Assembly (NCBI GenBank): GCA_965368975.1
Contig: CBDUPA010000044.1
Coordinates: forward strand, 1 to 17,617
DNA from: an uncultured bacterium
GTDB taxonomy: Bacteria; Acidobacteriota; Thermoanaerobaculia; Multivoradales; JAHZIX01
Direction of reading: 5' to 3'
DNA: 17,617 nucleotides
Position numbers and translations under genes: made by a program. Position 1 is the stretch's first letter. Every line of letters begins with the position of its first letter. Below the pieces are notes generated by a model. It was given only the letters and a program-made list of their open reading frames with translations, did not search any database and was not told the origin of the DNA. Below are positions 8,144 to 17,617 of this stretch, one piece after another.

Positions 8144-8218
8144 TGGGGCGTGGCCAAGTGGTAAGGCACGAGACTTTGGATCTCGCGATCGTAGGTTCGA
8201 ATCCTACCGCCCCAACCA
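8144..8218 (+). tRNA. tRNA-Gln(TTG)
   Basis: Acceptor TGGGGCG/CGCCCCA, anticodon stem CGAGA/TCTCG with TTG at 8176-8178, T-loop TTCGAAT, encoded CCA. Confidence 0.98.
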
Positions 8219-8341
8219 TCTACCCACCTAGATAGACATCTCGATCGACGAACGCGGGGCGCCCGGGCGCGGCACGGAGACGGTGCCGGCGCTCTCGGAC
8301 TCGGTGGCGCTGGGCACAGGAAGGCGACGGCAGACAAGCAC

Positions 8342-9283
8342 ATGTACGGTGAACTCAAAGTATTCGGTGGCAGGGCTCATCCGCAGCTGGTCAAAGACAT
8401 CTGCGCCTACCTCAACGTGCGTCCGGGCAATCTCACCTCCTTCAACTTCGCGGACGGCGAGACCTTCTGCCAGATCGAGGACAATGTGCGCGGCTCGGAC
8501 GTCTTCGTGGTGCAGTCGACCTGCAACCCGGTGAACGAGAACCTGATGGAGCTGCTGATTCTGCTCGACGCTTTCAAGCGCTCGTCGGCGTCGCGCATCA
8601 CGGCGGTGATCCCGTATTACGGGTACGGCCGGCAAGAGAAGAAGGACCGGCCGCGAGTGCCGATCACCGCCAAGTTGGTGGCCGACCTGATCACCCGTGC
8701 GGGCGCCAGCCGAGTGCTGACGATGGACTTGCATGCGCCGCAGATCCAGGGCTTCTTCGACATCCCGGTGGACCACCTGTTCGCCGCGCCGGTGATCCTC
8801 GACGCCATCCGCGAACTTGACGTGCCGGACCTGGTGATCGTGTCGCCGGACGCCGGCGGCGTCGACCGTGTGCGTGCCATCGCCAAGCGTTTGGGCTGCG
8901 GCATCGCCATTGTCGACAAGCGGCGCACGGCGCCCAACACGGCGCAGGTGCTGCACTTGATCGGCGATGTCGAAGGCAAGAACGTGGTGGTGCTCGACGA
9001 CATCATCGACACTGCCGGCACCCTGACCAAGACCTGTGAGCTGCTGGCCGCGAAGGGTGCGCTGCGACAGTGGGCGTTCGGCGTCCACGGTGTCCTGTCC
9101 GGGCCGGCGCTGGAGCGTCTGGAAAAGAGCGACATCGAAGGGGTGCTGGTCACGGACACCATCCCGATGCAAGAAAAGACCAAGATCTGCAGCAAGCTGC
9201 GGACCCTGTCCGTGGCGCGTATCTTGGGAGAGGCGATCCGGCGCATCCACGAGGACAGCTCGGTGAGTTCCCTCTTTGTGTGA
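8342..9283 (+). CDS. prs: Ribose-phosphate pyrophosphokinase
   Basis: FADGE, PYYGYGRQ, MDLHAPQIQGFF, VSPDAGG, DDIIDTAGT motifs. Confidence 0.98.
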   Translation: MYGELKVFGGRAHPQLVKDICAYLNVRPGNLTSFNFADGETFCQIEDNVRGSDVFVVQSTCNPVNENLMELLILLDAFKRSSASRITAVIPYYGYGRQEKKDRPRVPITAKLVADLITRAGASRVLTMDLHAPQIQGFFDIPVDHLFAAPVILDAIRELDVPDLVIVSPDAGGVDRVRAIAKRLGCGIAIVDKRRTAPNTAQVLHLIGDVEGKNVVVLDDIIDTAGTLTKTCELLAAKGALRQWAFGVHGVLSGPALERLEKSDIEGVLVTDTIPMQEKTKICSKLRTLSVARILGEAIRRIHEDSSVSSLFV

Positions 9284-9442
9284 GCGAGCTTTGTGTGAGT
9301 GAACCGTGGTTGCGCACCGTGCACGAGCGAGCCGGGCAACACGAATTCCAAGTTGAGATTCCATTGGCAAGAGCCAGAAATAGCGACGCAATAGACCACG
9401 CCGGCTGCGACGGAGCACTCGGCGCAGGACGGAGAGACGATC

Positions 9443-10096
9443 ATGAGTGAAGCGAACATCGAGGTCCAGACGCGGACCGAGCACGGCAAGAACGCGGCCC
9501 GGCGGCTGCGCAAGGACGGCTGGATTCCGGCTGTCCTCTATGGCGGTAGCATCGATCCGGTGTCGATCCAGGTAGATCGGCGGACCCTGCTGGCGCTGAT
9601 GCGCGGTGGTGTCACTGACCACACCGTCTTCCAGCTGCAACGATCCGGCGGCGACCAGAGTCGCCACGCCATGATCCGCGACATGCAGATCGACCCGATC
9701 ACGCGTGAGATCCGCCACCTGGACTTCATGCGCGTCACCATGACCGAGAAGGTCAACGTGACGGTGCCGATCGAGGTCGTCGGTACGGCGACCGGTGTGA
9801 AGAACGAGGACGGCATGCTCGACTTCGTCACCCGTGAGGTCGAGATCGAGTGCCTGCCCGGCGACATCCCAGACCACCTGGAGGTCGACGTCACCAATCT
9901 GCACGTCGGTGACCACATCGAGTCCAAGGACCTGACCCTGCCTGATGGCGTCGAGTTGTTCGGTGCCGTCGAGGATCGCGTCATCATCTCGGTGTCGCAC
10001 AAGAAGGGGCCAGCCGACGACGAGGCAGTCGAAGGCGAGGACGAAGATGCCGAGCCGGAAGTCATTGCCCGCGGCAAGGACGAAGACGAGGACTGA
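9443..10096 (+). CDS. rplY: 50S ribosomal protein bL25 (Ctc type)
   Basis: GKNAARRLR..IPAVLYG, HLDF, CLPGDIP; acidic tail. Confidence 0.97.
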   Translation: MSEANIEVQTRTEHGKNAARRLRKDGWIPAVLYGGSIDPVSIQVDRRTLLALMRGGVTDHTVFQLQRSGGDQSRHAMIRDMQIDPITREIRHLDFMRVTMTEKVNVTVPIEVVGTATGVKNEDGMLDFVTREVEIECLPGDIPDHLEVDVTNLHVGDHIESKDLTLPDGVELFGAVEDRVIISVSHKKGPADDEAVEGEDEDAEPEVIARGKDEDED

Positions 10097-10108
10097 GGCG
10101 AGTCCGGC

Positions 10109-10765
10109 GTGGCGCACGACCCGACCCACGGAGATTCCCCCGCAGCGTCGGGCGCGCCGCGCCTTGTCGTCGGCCTGGGCAATCCGGGCGAGCAGTACCG
10201 CGAAACTCGGCACAATGTCGGGTTTCGGGTGCTGGACGAACTCGCCCGCCGTCACGGCGTCGCGTTCGACCGTCAGGACTGCAACGCTCTGCTGGCCGAA
10301 GTTCCCGGCGCCGACCGGTCTCGTTTGTTGCTCGTGCAGCCGCAGACATACATGAACCGGAGTGGCTACGCCCTGCGCTGTCTGCGGGAGCGGCACGACT
10401 TCGAGCCGGCGGATGTCCTGGTGGTGTACGACGAAGTGCACTTGCCCTTGGGCCGCTTGCGCTTACGTCCGAAAGGCAGCCCAGCGGGGCACCGTGGCAT
10501 GGAGAGCGTGATCGAGAACCTGCGCACGCAGGACGTGGCACGGCTCCGCTGTGGGGTCGGCCCTCGTTCGCAGGTGCAGGAGTCCGACCACGAGCCGGTG
10601 CCCGCTGAGTCGGTGCCCGCGGAGGGGCTGGCCGAGTTCGTGCTCGACCCATTCCTCGACGAGGAGCGCGAGACCCTCGATGAGATGATCCAGCGCGCCG
10701 CCGACGCTTGCGAGACCTGGTTCGACGCGGGTACCGAACGTGCCATGAACCAGCACAACGGCTGA
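10109..10765 (+). CDS. pth: Peptidyl-tRNA hydrolase
   Basis: LVVGLGNPG..TRHNVGF, PQTYMNRSG, RLRCGVG. Confidence 0.97.
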   Translation: MAHDPTHGDSPAASGAPRLVVGLGNPGEQYRETRHNVGFRVLDELARRHGVAFDRQDCNALLAEVPGADRSRLLLVQPQTYMNRSGYALRCLRERHDFEPADVLVVYDEVHLPLGRLRLRPKGSPAGHRGMESVIENLRTQDVARLRCGVGPRSQVQESDHEPVPAESVPAEGLAEFVLDPFLDEERETLDEMIQRAADACETWFDAGTERAMNQHNG

Positions 10766-10794
10766 GATTAGAGATAGAACCGACTACCCTGGCT

Positions 10795-10815
10795 GCCCCG
10801 CGACTCGTGCGGGGC
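10795..10815 (+). terminator. GC hairpin after pth (weak terminator or processing site)
   Basis: GCCCCGC-7 nt-GCGGGGC; no adjacent U tract. Confidence 0.35.
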
Positions 10816-10866
10816 GCGCCGATTTGAAAAAACCTACTTGAAGTTCGCCGAGGGAGGTAAGGACAA

Positions 10867-12945
<2,079 letters not shown>

Positions 12946-12984
12946 TCTCGTACTCGTCGTCCAACCGGCGCTCCTGGACGCTGA

Positions 12985-13024
12985 CCCTGCGGACATCATC
13001 TCTCACGGATGATGCGCCGCAGGG
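12985..13024. terminator. Long hairpin downstream of hppA
   Basis: CCCTGCGG-A-CATCATC / loop / GATGATG-CG-CCGCAGGG; no U tract. Confidence 0.45.
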
Positions 13025-13121
13025 CTGGCCAAAGGGGGCGCCTTTGACGTACACTCTCCGACTCCGTCCGGGGCCTGCCGCCAGCTGTGTCTGCACGGCT
13101 GGGTAGACCCCGATCCCACCT

Positions 13122-13211
13122 ACCTCTCTGTTCCGCTCATCGCCGAACGCCTCCGTCGGGTACGGCCCGAAGGCAGGTGGAGGCTGCGGGACTGCAAGGC
13201 CATAGGGAGGT
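13122..13211 (+). ncRNA. S6:S18 ribosomal protein leader RNA
   Basis: ACCTCTCTG pairs with TAGGGAGGT (the SD), TTCCGC pairs with GCGGGA, 3' bulge ends in CCA (CCR motif); inner stems GCCTCC/GGAGGC and TCGGG/CCCGA; directly upstream of rpsF. Confidence 0.8.
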
Positions 13212-13219
13212 CCGAAGCC

Positions 13220-13573
13220 TTGACAAGAATCTACGAACTGATGTTCATCATCGATCCGCGCGTGTCGGAAGACGACGCCTTAGCGGTGGCGGACGAGTAC
13301 AAGAAAATGATCACCGAAGGCGGCGCCGAGGTGGTCAAGGAAGAGCATTGGGGGCGACGCAAGCTCGCTTACCCGATCCAGAAGCTGACCGAAGGTCGCT
13401 ACATCCTGTTCTATGTCACGTGCGAAGGCGAGACTCCGCTCGCCAGCGTCGAGATGCGCATGAACCAGAACGACAAGGTTCTGCGCTATCTGACGGTGCG
13501 TACCGATCGTGAGGTCGACCTCGAAGAACCGGCGGCGGAAGAGCCTGCCGAGACTGCTGAAGAGGAGAACTGA
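13220..13573 (+). CDS. rpsF: 30S ribosomal protein bS6
   Basis: [24 protein letters not shown]; TTG start. Confidence 0.97.
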   Translation: MTRIYELMFIIDPRVSEDDALAVADEYKKMITEGGAEVVKEEHWGRRKLAYPIQKLTEGRYILFYVTCEGETPLASVEMRMNQNDKVLRYLTVRTDREVDLEEPAAEEPAETAEEEN

Positions 13574-13575
13574 TC

Positions 13576-13809
13576 ATGGCCAGAGGAAAGCGTACCTTCT
13601 TCCGCCGGCGCAAGGTCTGTAAGTTCTGCGCCGATCGTATCGAGTACATCGATTACAAAGACACCAAGCTGTTGGGCCAGTTCATCCCGGAGCGGGCCAA
13701 GATCCTGCCGCGGCGGATCTCCGGCACCTGTGCCAAGCACCAGCGTGTGCTGCAGCAGGCGATCAAACGGGCGCGTCACATGGCGCTGCTGCCCTTCACC
13801 ACGGACTGA
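13576..13809 (+). CDS. rpsR: 30S ribosomal protein bS18 (zinc-binding C+ type)
   Basis: [29 protein letters not shown]. Confidence 0.98.
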   Translation: MARGKRTFFRRRKVCKFCADRIEYIDYKDTKLLGQFIPERAKILPRRISGTCAKHQRVLQQAIKRARHMALLPFTTD

Positions 13810-13820
13810 GGGGAGACGTC

Positions 13821-14276
13821 ATGGAAGTGATCCTCCTGGCTGATGACCGGCACCTGGGCAAGCGCGGCGACGTCGTGCACGTGAAGCCTGGGTATGGCCG
13901 CAACTATCTGATCCCGCAAGGCTTCGCTCTCGAGGCGACGGTCGGGAACATCAAGTACTTCGAGCAACAGCGCAAGAAGATCGACGCCCGCCACGCGCAG
14001 GAAGTGGCTGCGGCCCAGGCGCTGGCGGATCAGATCAGTGCTATCGAGCTGAAGGTGACCAAGAAGGTCGGCGAGTCCGGCACCCTCTACGGTTCCGTCA
14101 CTACCAGCGAAGTGGCTGAGATGCTCGAAGCCAAGGGCGTCACCGTCGACCGCCGCAAGATCACCGTCGAAGGTGAAGAGGCGTCGATCAAGGCGCTCGG
14201 CGAACACACGGTCGCCATCGATCTGCACGGCGAAGTGGTGGCGCGCGTCACCATCACCGTGGAAGCGGAAGAGTAA
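13821..14276 (+). CDS. rplI: 50S ribosomal protein bL9
   Basis: MEVIL..LGKRGDVVHVKPGYGRNYLIP, LYGSVT. Confidence 0.98.
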   Translation: MEVILLADDRHLGKRGDVVHVKPGYGRNYLIPQGFALEATVGNIKYFEQQRKKIDARHAQEVAAAQALADQISAIELKVTKKVGESGTLYGSVTTSEVAEMLEAKGVTVDRRKITVEGEEASIKALGEHTVAIDLHGEVVARVTITVEAEE

Positions 14277-14299
14277 GAGACCGCGGGCGGACGACGGCC

Positions 14300-15640
14300 G
14301 TGGCTGATTCGCAAACTGCCGAAGATCCCACGGCCGGCGTTTCTCCTGAAGAAACACCCGAAGGCGCCGTCCCTCCTGACGAGGTCAGGGCAGAGGCGGC
14401 GCCCATCGGTGCCTTCACCGGTGACGCGCCCCTGGAAGGCAGTGGGCCGACCCGCCGTCCGAGCCATTGGCGGTGGCTGTGGAGCGAGGACGTCCCGTTC
14501 CCCGTCCGCAGCCACCGCGGCCTCCTCGGCCGCTTGCTGGTTGCTGTCAAGCGCCTGCTACGGCCGTTGGTCAAGGTGCCTCAGAACGATCTCTGGGAGC
14601 GCCAGCGCGTCTACAACCTGATCCTCGTCGAGCGTCTCGAATTGCTCGAACGCATGGAGCACCGGTTGAGCCACGTCGAAGCCTTCCTGCACGAAGGTCT
14701 GGGCGAAGTCGTGCGCCACAACGACGCCCTCTTCGCACGCGTTGACCAGCGTCTCGACCGCTACCGCCGCGAAGCGCAGGAACTCGTCACTGCGCTGCAG
14801 AGCGCTCTGGTCGTAGCTCCGGAAGCACCGGCCGCGTCCGACGCGAACGCAGCTGCCACCAGCGCCAGTCCGGAGCGCCAGGTAGATCGACTACGCCGTG
14901 CTCTCGACGAACGCGCCTACCTCGAACTCGAACACCGCTACCGCGGTACGCGCGACGACATCGAAGCGCGCATCGAGCGCTACCTTCCGTACCTCGAGCC
15001 CTTGCGCGACCAGGGGCCCGTCCTCGATCTCGGCTGTGGTCGCGGCGAAGCCCTCGCCGTCCTCGCCGGTCATGGCCTCGACGCGCGCGGCGTCGACAGC
15101 AGCGCCGAGATGGTCGAGCGATGCCGCCAGCGCGGCCTACGAGCCGATGAAGGCGACCTTTTCGACTACCTGGCGCAAGTGGAGAAAGGCAGCCTCGCCG
15201 CCGTCGTCTCCTTCCACGTCATCGAACACCTCCCCGCCGACTCCCTCGACCGCCTCGTCCAGCTCGCCTACAGAGCCCTCGCCCCCGGCGGCCGCCTGAT
15301 TCTCGAAACCCCGAATCCCCTGTCCGTCATCGTCGCGGCCCGGAACTTCTGGCTCGATCCCACCCACCAGCGTCCCATCCACCCGGCATCGCTACGCCTC
15401 AGCTACGAACTCGCCGGCTTCGCTCCGGTCGAGATGCTGGAACTGCGTCCCTTCGCCGATGCGGACCGGCTGCCGGAGCTGGACCTCGCCGAGTTGCCGG
15501 CCGGACAACATGACCTGGCGGACAAGGTCAACCGGCTGCGGGATCGCCTGGACGAAGTGCTGTTCGGGTACCAGGACTATGGGCTGGTGGGGGACAAGAC
15601 TTCATGGGACAGATCACATCCCTCTTCGTCTGGAAGGTGA
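14300..15640 (+). CDS. Class I SAM-dependent methyltransferase with N-terminal helical/coiled-coil region
   Basis: VLDLGCGRGE, FHVIEHL, LILETPNP, FWLDPTH motifs. Confidence 0.88.
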   Translation: MADSQTAEDPTAGVSPEETPEGAVPPDEVRAEAAPIGAFTGDAPLEGSGPTRRPSHWRWLWSEDVPFPVRSHRGLLGRLLVAVKRLLRPLVKVPQNDLWERQRVYNLILVERLELLERMEHRLSHVEAFLHEGLGEVVRHNDALFARVDQRLDRYRREAQELVTALQSALVVAPEAPAASDANAAATSASPERQVDRLRRALDERAYLELEHRYRGTRDDIEARIERYLPYLEPLRDQGPVLDLGCGRGEALAVLAGHGLDARGVDSSAEMVERCRQRGLRADEGDLFDYLAQVEKGSLAAVVSFHVIEHLPADSLDRLVQLAYRALAPGGRLILETPNPLSVIVAARNFWLDPTHQRPIHPASLRLSYELAGFAPVEMLELRPFADADRLPELDLAELPAGQHDLADKVNRLRDRLDEVLFGYQDYGLVGDKTSWDRSHPSSSGR

Positions 15641-16605
15641 TCGGCGAGGTCGACGCGGCCGCCGATCGGGCTGCTTTGCTGCGGTCGGTGGGAGTCGATC
15701 CGGACGGTCCGATCGATCTCTCCCACATGGTGAGTGACGCCGAGTACTACAGCTTCTTCGAGCGCTGCGCGGCGGCCGACGCGAAGGGGTGGACGCTGCC
15801 CCTGCGGGTCGGTGCAGCCATGCGCTGCGACGACTATGGAGCGTTCGGCCTCGCCTGGAAGTCGGCCACGGACCTGCGAGGCTCCTACGAGCGTGCGGAG
15901 CGCTATGCGCGCGTGTTGACCAGCGTGGCGACCTACCAAGTCGAGCCGACGGACGGTGGCGTGTGTCTCCACCTGCACCGAGATGGGGAGCGCCGGCTCG
16001 GTCTGCGCCTATCCAACGAAGCGACCATCGCCAGCATTGCCGCCATCAGCCAGCAGGCGTCGTCCGGACAGTTCCGCCCGATGGCGGTGCACTTCCAACA
16101 TCCGGCGCCTGCCACCACGGCCGACCACGAAGCCCACTTCGGCTGCGCGGTCCACTTCGCGTCGGACCGGGATGCTCTGTGGGTCGCGGAGGAGACGCTC
16201 CGCATCCCGAACAAGGTCGGCGATCCAGGCATCGTCCGCTTCTTCGACACCCTCCTCGAAGCCGACGTGTCGAAGCTCGACGACGACACCTCGCTCGAGC
16301 AAGTGGTGCAGAACCGGATTGGCCGTTCGCTGAGCGAAGGGGTGCCCGCCATCTCGGATGTGGCCCGACACTTGGGTATGAGCGGCCGGACCCTGCAGCG
16401 CCGGCTGGCGGACCAGGGCTTCTCCTACCAGAGCCTGGTCGATGAGGCGCGGCGTCGCCTGGCACAGCGCCTACTCCGGCACACGGACTATTCGCTCGCC
16501 GAGATCGCCTTCATGACGGGTTTCGCGGAGCAGAGTTCCTTTACCCGCGCCTTCAAGCGCTGGAAGGGCCAGTCGCCCCGCTCGTACCGCCTGCAGCTTC
16601 CGTAG
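15604..16605 (+). CDS. AraC-family transcriptional regulator
   Basis: C-terminal VARHLGMSGRTLQRRL..EIAFMTGFAEQSSFTRAFKRWKGQSP; N-terminal ligand-binding domain. Confidence 0.95.
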   Translation: MGQITSLFVWKVIGEVDAAADRAALLRSVGVDPDGPIDLSHMVSDAEYYSFFERCAAADAKGWTLPLRVGAAMRCDDYGAFGLAWKSATDLRGSYERAERYARVLTSVATYQVEPTDGGVCLHLHRDGERRLGLRLSNEATIASIAAISQQASSGQFRPMAVHFQHPAPATTADHEAHFGCAVHFASDRDALWVAEETLRIPNKVGDPGIVRFFDTLLEADVSKLDDDTSLEQVVQNRIGRSLSEGVPAISDVARHLGMSGRTLQRRLADQGFSYQSLVDEARRRLAQRLLRHTDYSLAEIAFMTGFAEQSSFTRAFKRWKGQSPRSYRLQLP

Positions 16606-16628
16606 CCAACGGAAGGGGACCCAGCTGA

Positions 16629-16693
16629 TTGGCGCGTCCGGACAAGAACTTGGCGCCGTCCGCCAAGACCTGAGATGGCTGCTCTCCTAGGCT
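16629..16693 (+). promoter_or_regulatory. Tandem AraC-type operator plus -10 box
   Basis: 21-bp direct repeats TTGGCGCGTCCGGACAAGAAC / TTGGCGCCGTCCGCCAAGACC, followed 17 bp later by TAGGCT. Confidence 0.7.
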
Positions 16694-16759
16694 TGCTTTG
16701 GTTGATGACTTGACCGACAAGCTCAACTGCCGACCAACTGCAAGCAGAGGAGATGAGCC

Positions 16760-17617
16760 ATGGAAGCTACGACTCGCAAGACACCTTACTCGACGAAACT
16801 CACCCTGGTCCTCGGTGCCACTGGCAAGACCGGGAGCCGGATCACCGCCGGTCTCGAAGCCAAGAACGTGCCCGTGCGTCGCGGCTCTCGCTCGGCCCTG
16901 CCGCCCTTCGACTGGAACCGCGAAGCCGGCTGGGACGCGTGTCTCGACGGCGTCAAGGCGGTGTACATCAGCTATGCGCCGGATCTTGCCGTGCCGGGCG
17001 CGACCGACACCATCCAGGCCTTCGTCGACCGGGCAGTACGCCACGGCGTCGAGCGCCTGGTACTACTCTCGGGACGCGGCGAGGCAGAGGCGCAGGCCTG
17101 CGAGCGTATCGTGCAGAGTAGCGGTGTGGACTGGACCATCGTCCGTGCCGGCTGGTTCTACCAGAACTTCTCCGAAGGCGCCTTCGTCGAGATGGTCAAC
17201 GCGGGCCAGCTCACGCTACCCAATGGGGATACGCTGGAACCCTTCGTCGACGCTGATGACATCGCCGAGGTGGCCATTGCTGCCCTCACAGAAGAAGGGC
17301 ATGCCGGGGAAGTCTACGAGGTGACCGGTCCCCGACTCATGACCTTCGGCGATATCGCGGTCGAACTCTCGGAAGCCACACAGCGCGACATCCGCCTGGT
17401 CTCCATCCCTCACGACGCCTTCGTCGCAGGCGTCCGGGATGCGGGTGCTCCCAAAGAGGTGGTCTGGTTGATGGACTATCTCTTCGCCACCGTTCTCGAT
17501 GGTCGCAATGCCCATGTCACCGATGGCGTGCAGCGAGCCCTCGGCCGTGCTCCGAAGGACTTTGCTGCCTATGCCCGCGAGGTCGCCGCGACCGGTCTCT
17601 GGCGCGCCGCGGCCTGA
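16760..17617 (+). CDS. NmrA-like NAD(P)H-binding atypical SDR
   Basis: LVLGATGKTG Rossmann motif, WFYQNFSEG, FVDADDIAEVA; GAGGAG RBS. Confidence 0.92.
   Translation: MEATTRKTPYSTKLTLVLGATGKTGSRITAGLEAKNVPVRRGSRSALPPFDWNREAGWDACLDGVKAVYISYAPDLAVPGATDTIQAFVDRAVRHGVERLVLLSGRGEAEAQACERIVQSSGVDWTIVRAGWFYQNFSEGAFVEMVNAGQLTLPNGDTLEPFVDADDIAEVAIAALTEEGHAGEVYEVTGPRLMTFGDIAVELSEATQRDIRLVSIPHDAFVAGVRDAGAPKEVVWLMDYLFATVLDGRNAHVTDGVQRALGRAPKDFAAYAREVAATGLWRAAA

Noticed and set aside
8228-10441. 737-aa minus-strand ORF
   Set aside because: Antisense shadow of prs-rplY-pth caused by high-GC codon bias; no recognisable motifs
10766-10866. Na+ riboswitch upstream of hppA
   Set aside because: Only a simple hairpin is visible; cannot match a consensus without a covariance model search

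Overview
High-GC bacterial chromosomal window; gene order and protein styles resemble Acidobacteriota (Thermoanaerobaculia-like), which is an inference. It is mostly a housekeeping backbone: ssb (partial), dtd, HU/IHF, exported TPR protein, LolB-like protein, spoVG, tRNA-Gln(TTG), prs, rplY, pth, hppA, rpsF-rpsR-rplI with an S6:S18 leader RNA, a methyltransferase, and an AraC regulator with an NmrA-like target. The most interesting part is a ~2.7 kb cassette (3779-6527) between the TPR and lolB-like genes. It holds a probably leaderless tandem-XRE regulator, a convergent and apparently related XRE regulator, and a divergent, compositionally atypical TPR protein with no DNA-binding domain. This is a candidate 'split' HTH/TPR regulatory switch. 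Also notable: ispE is absent from its usual position and a Na+-type membrane pyrophosphatase sits between pth and rpsF. All calls are by eye, with no database searches.
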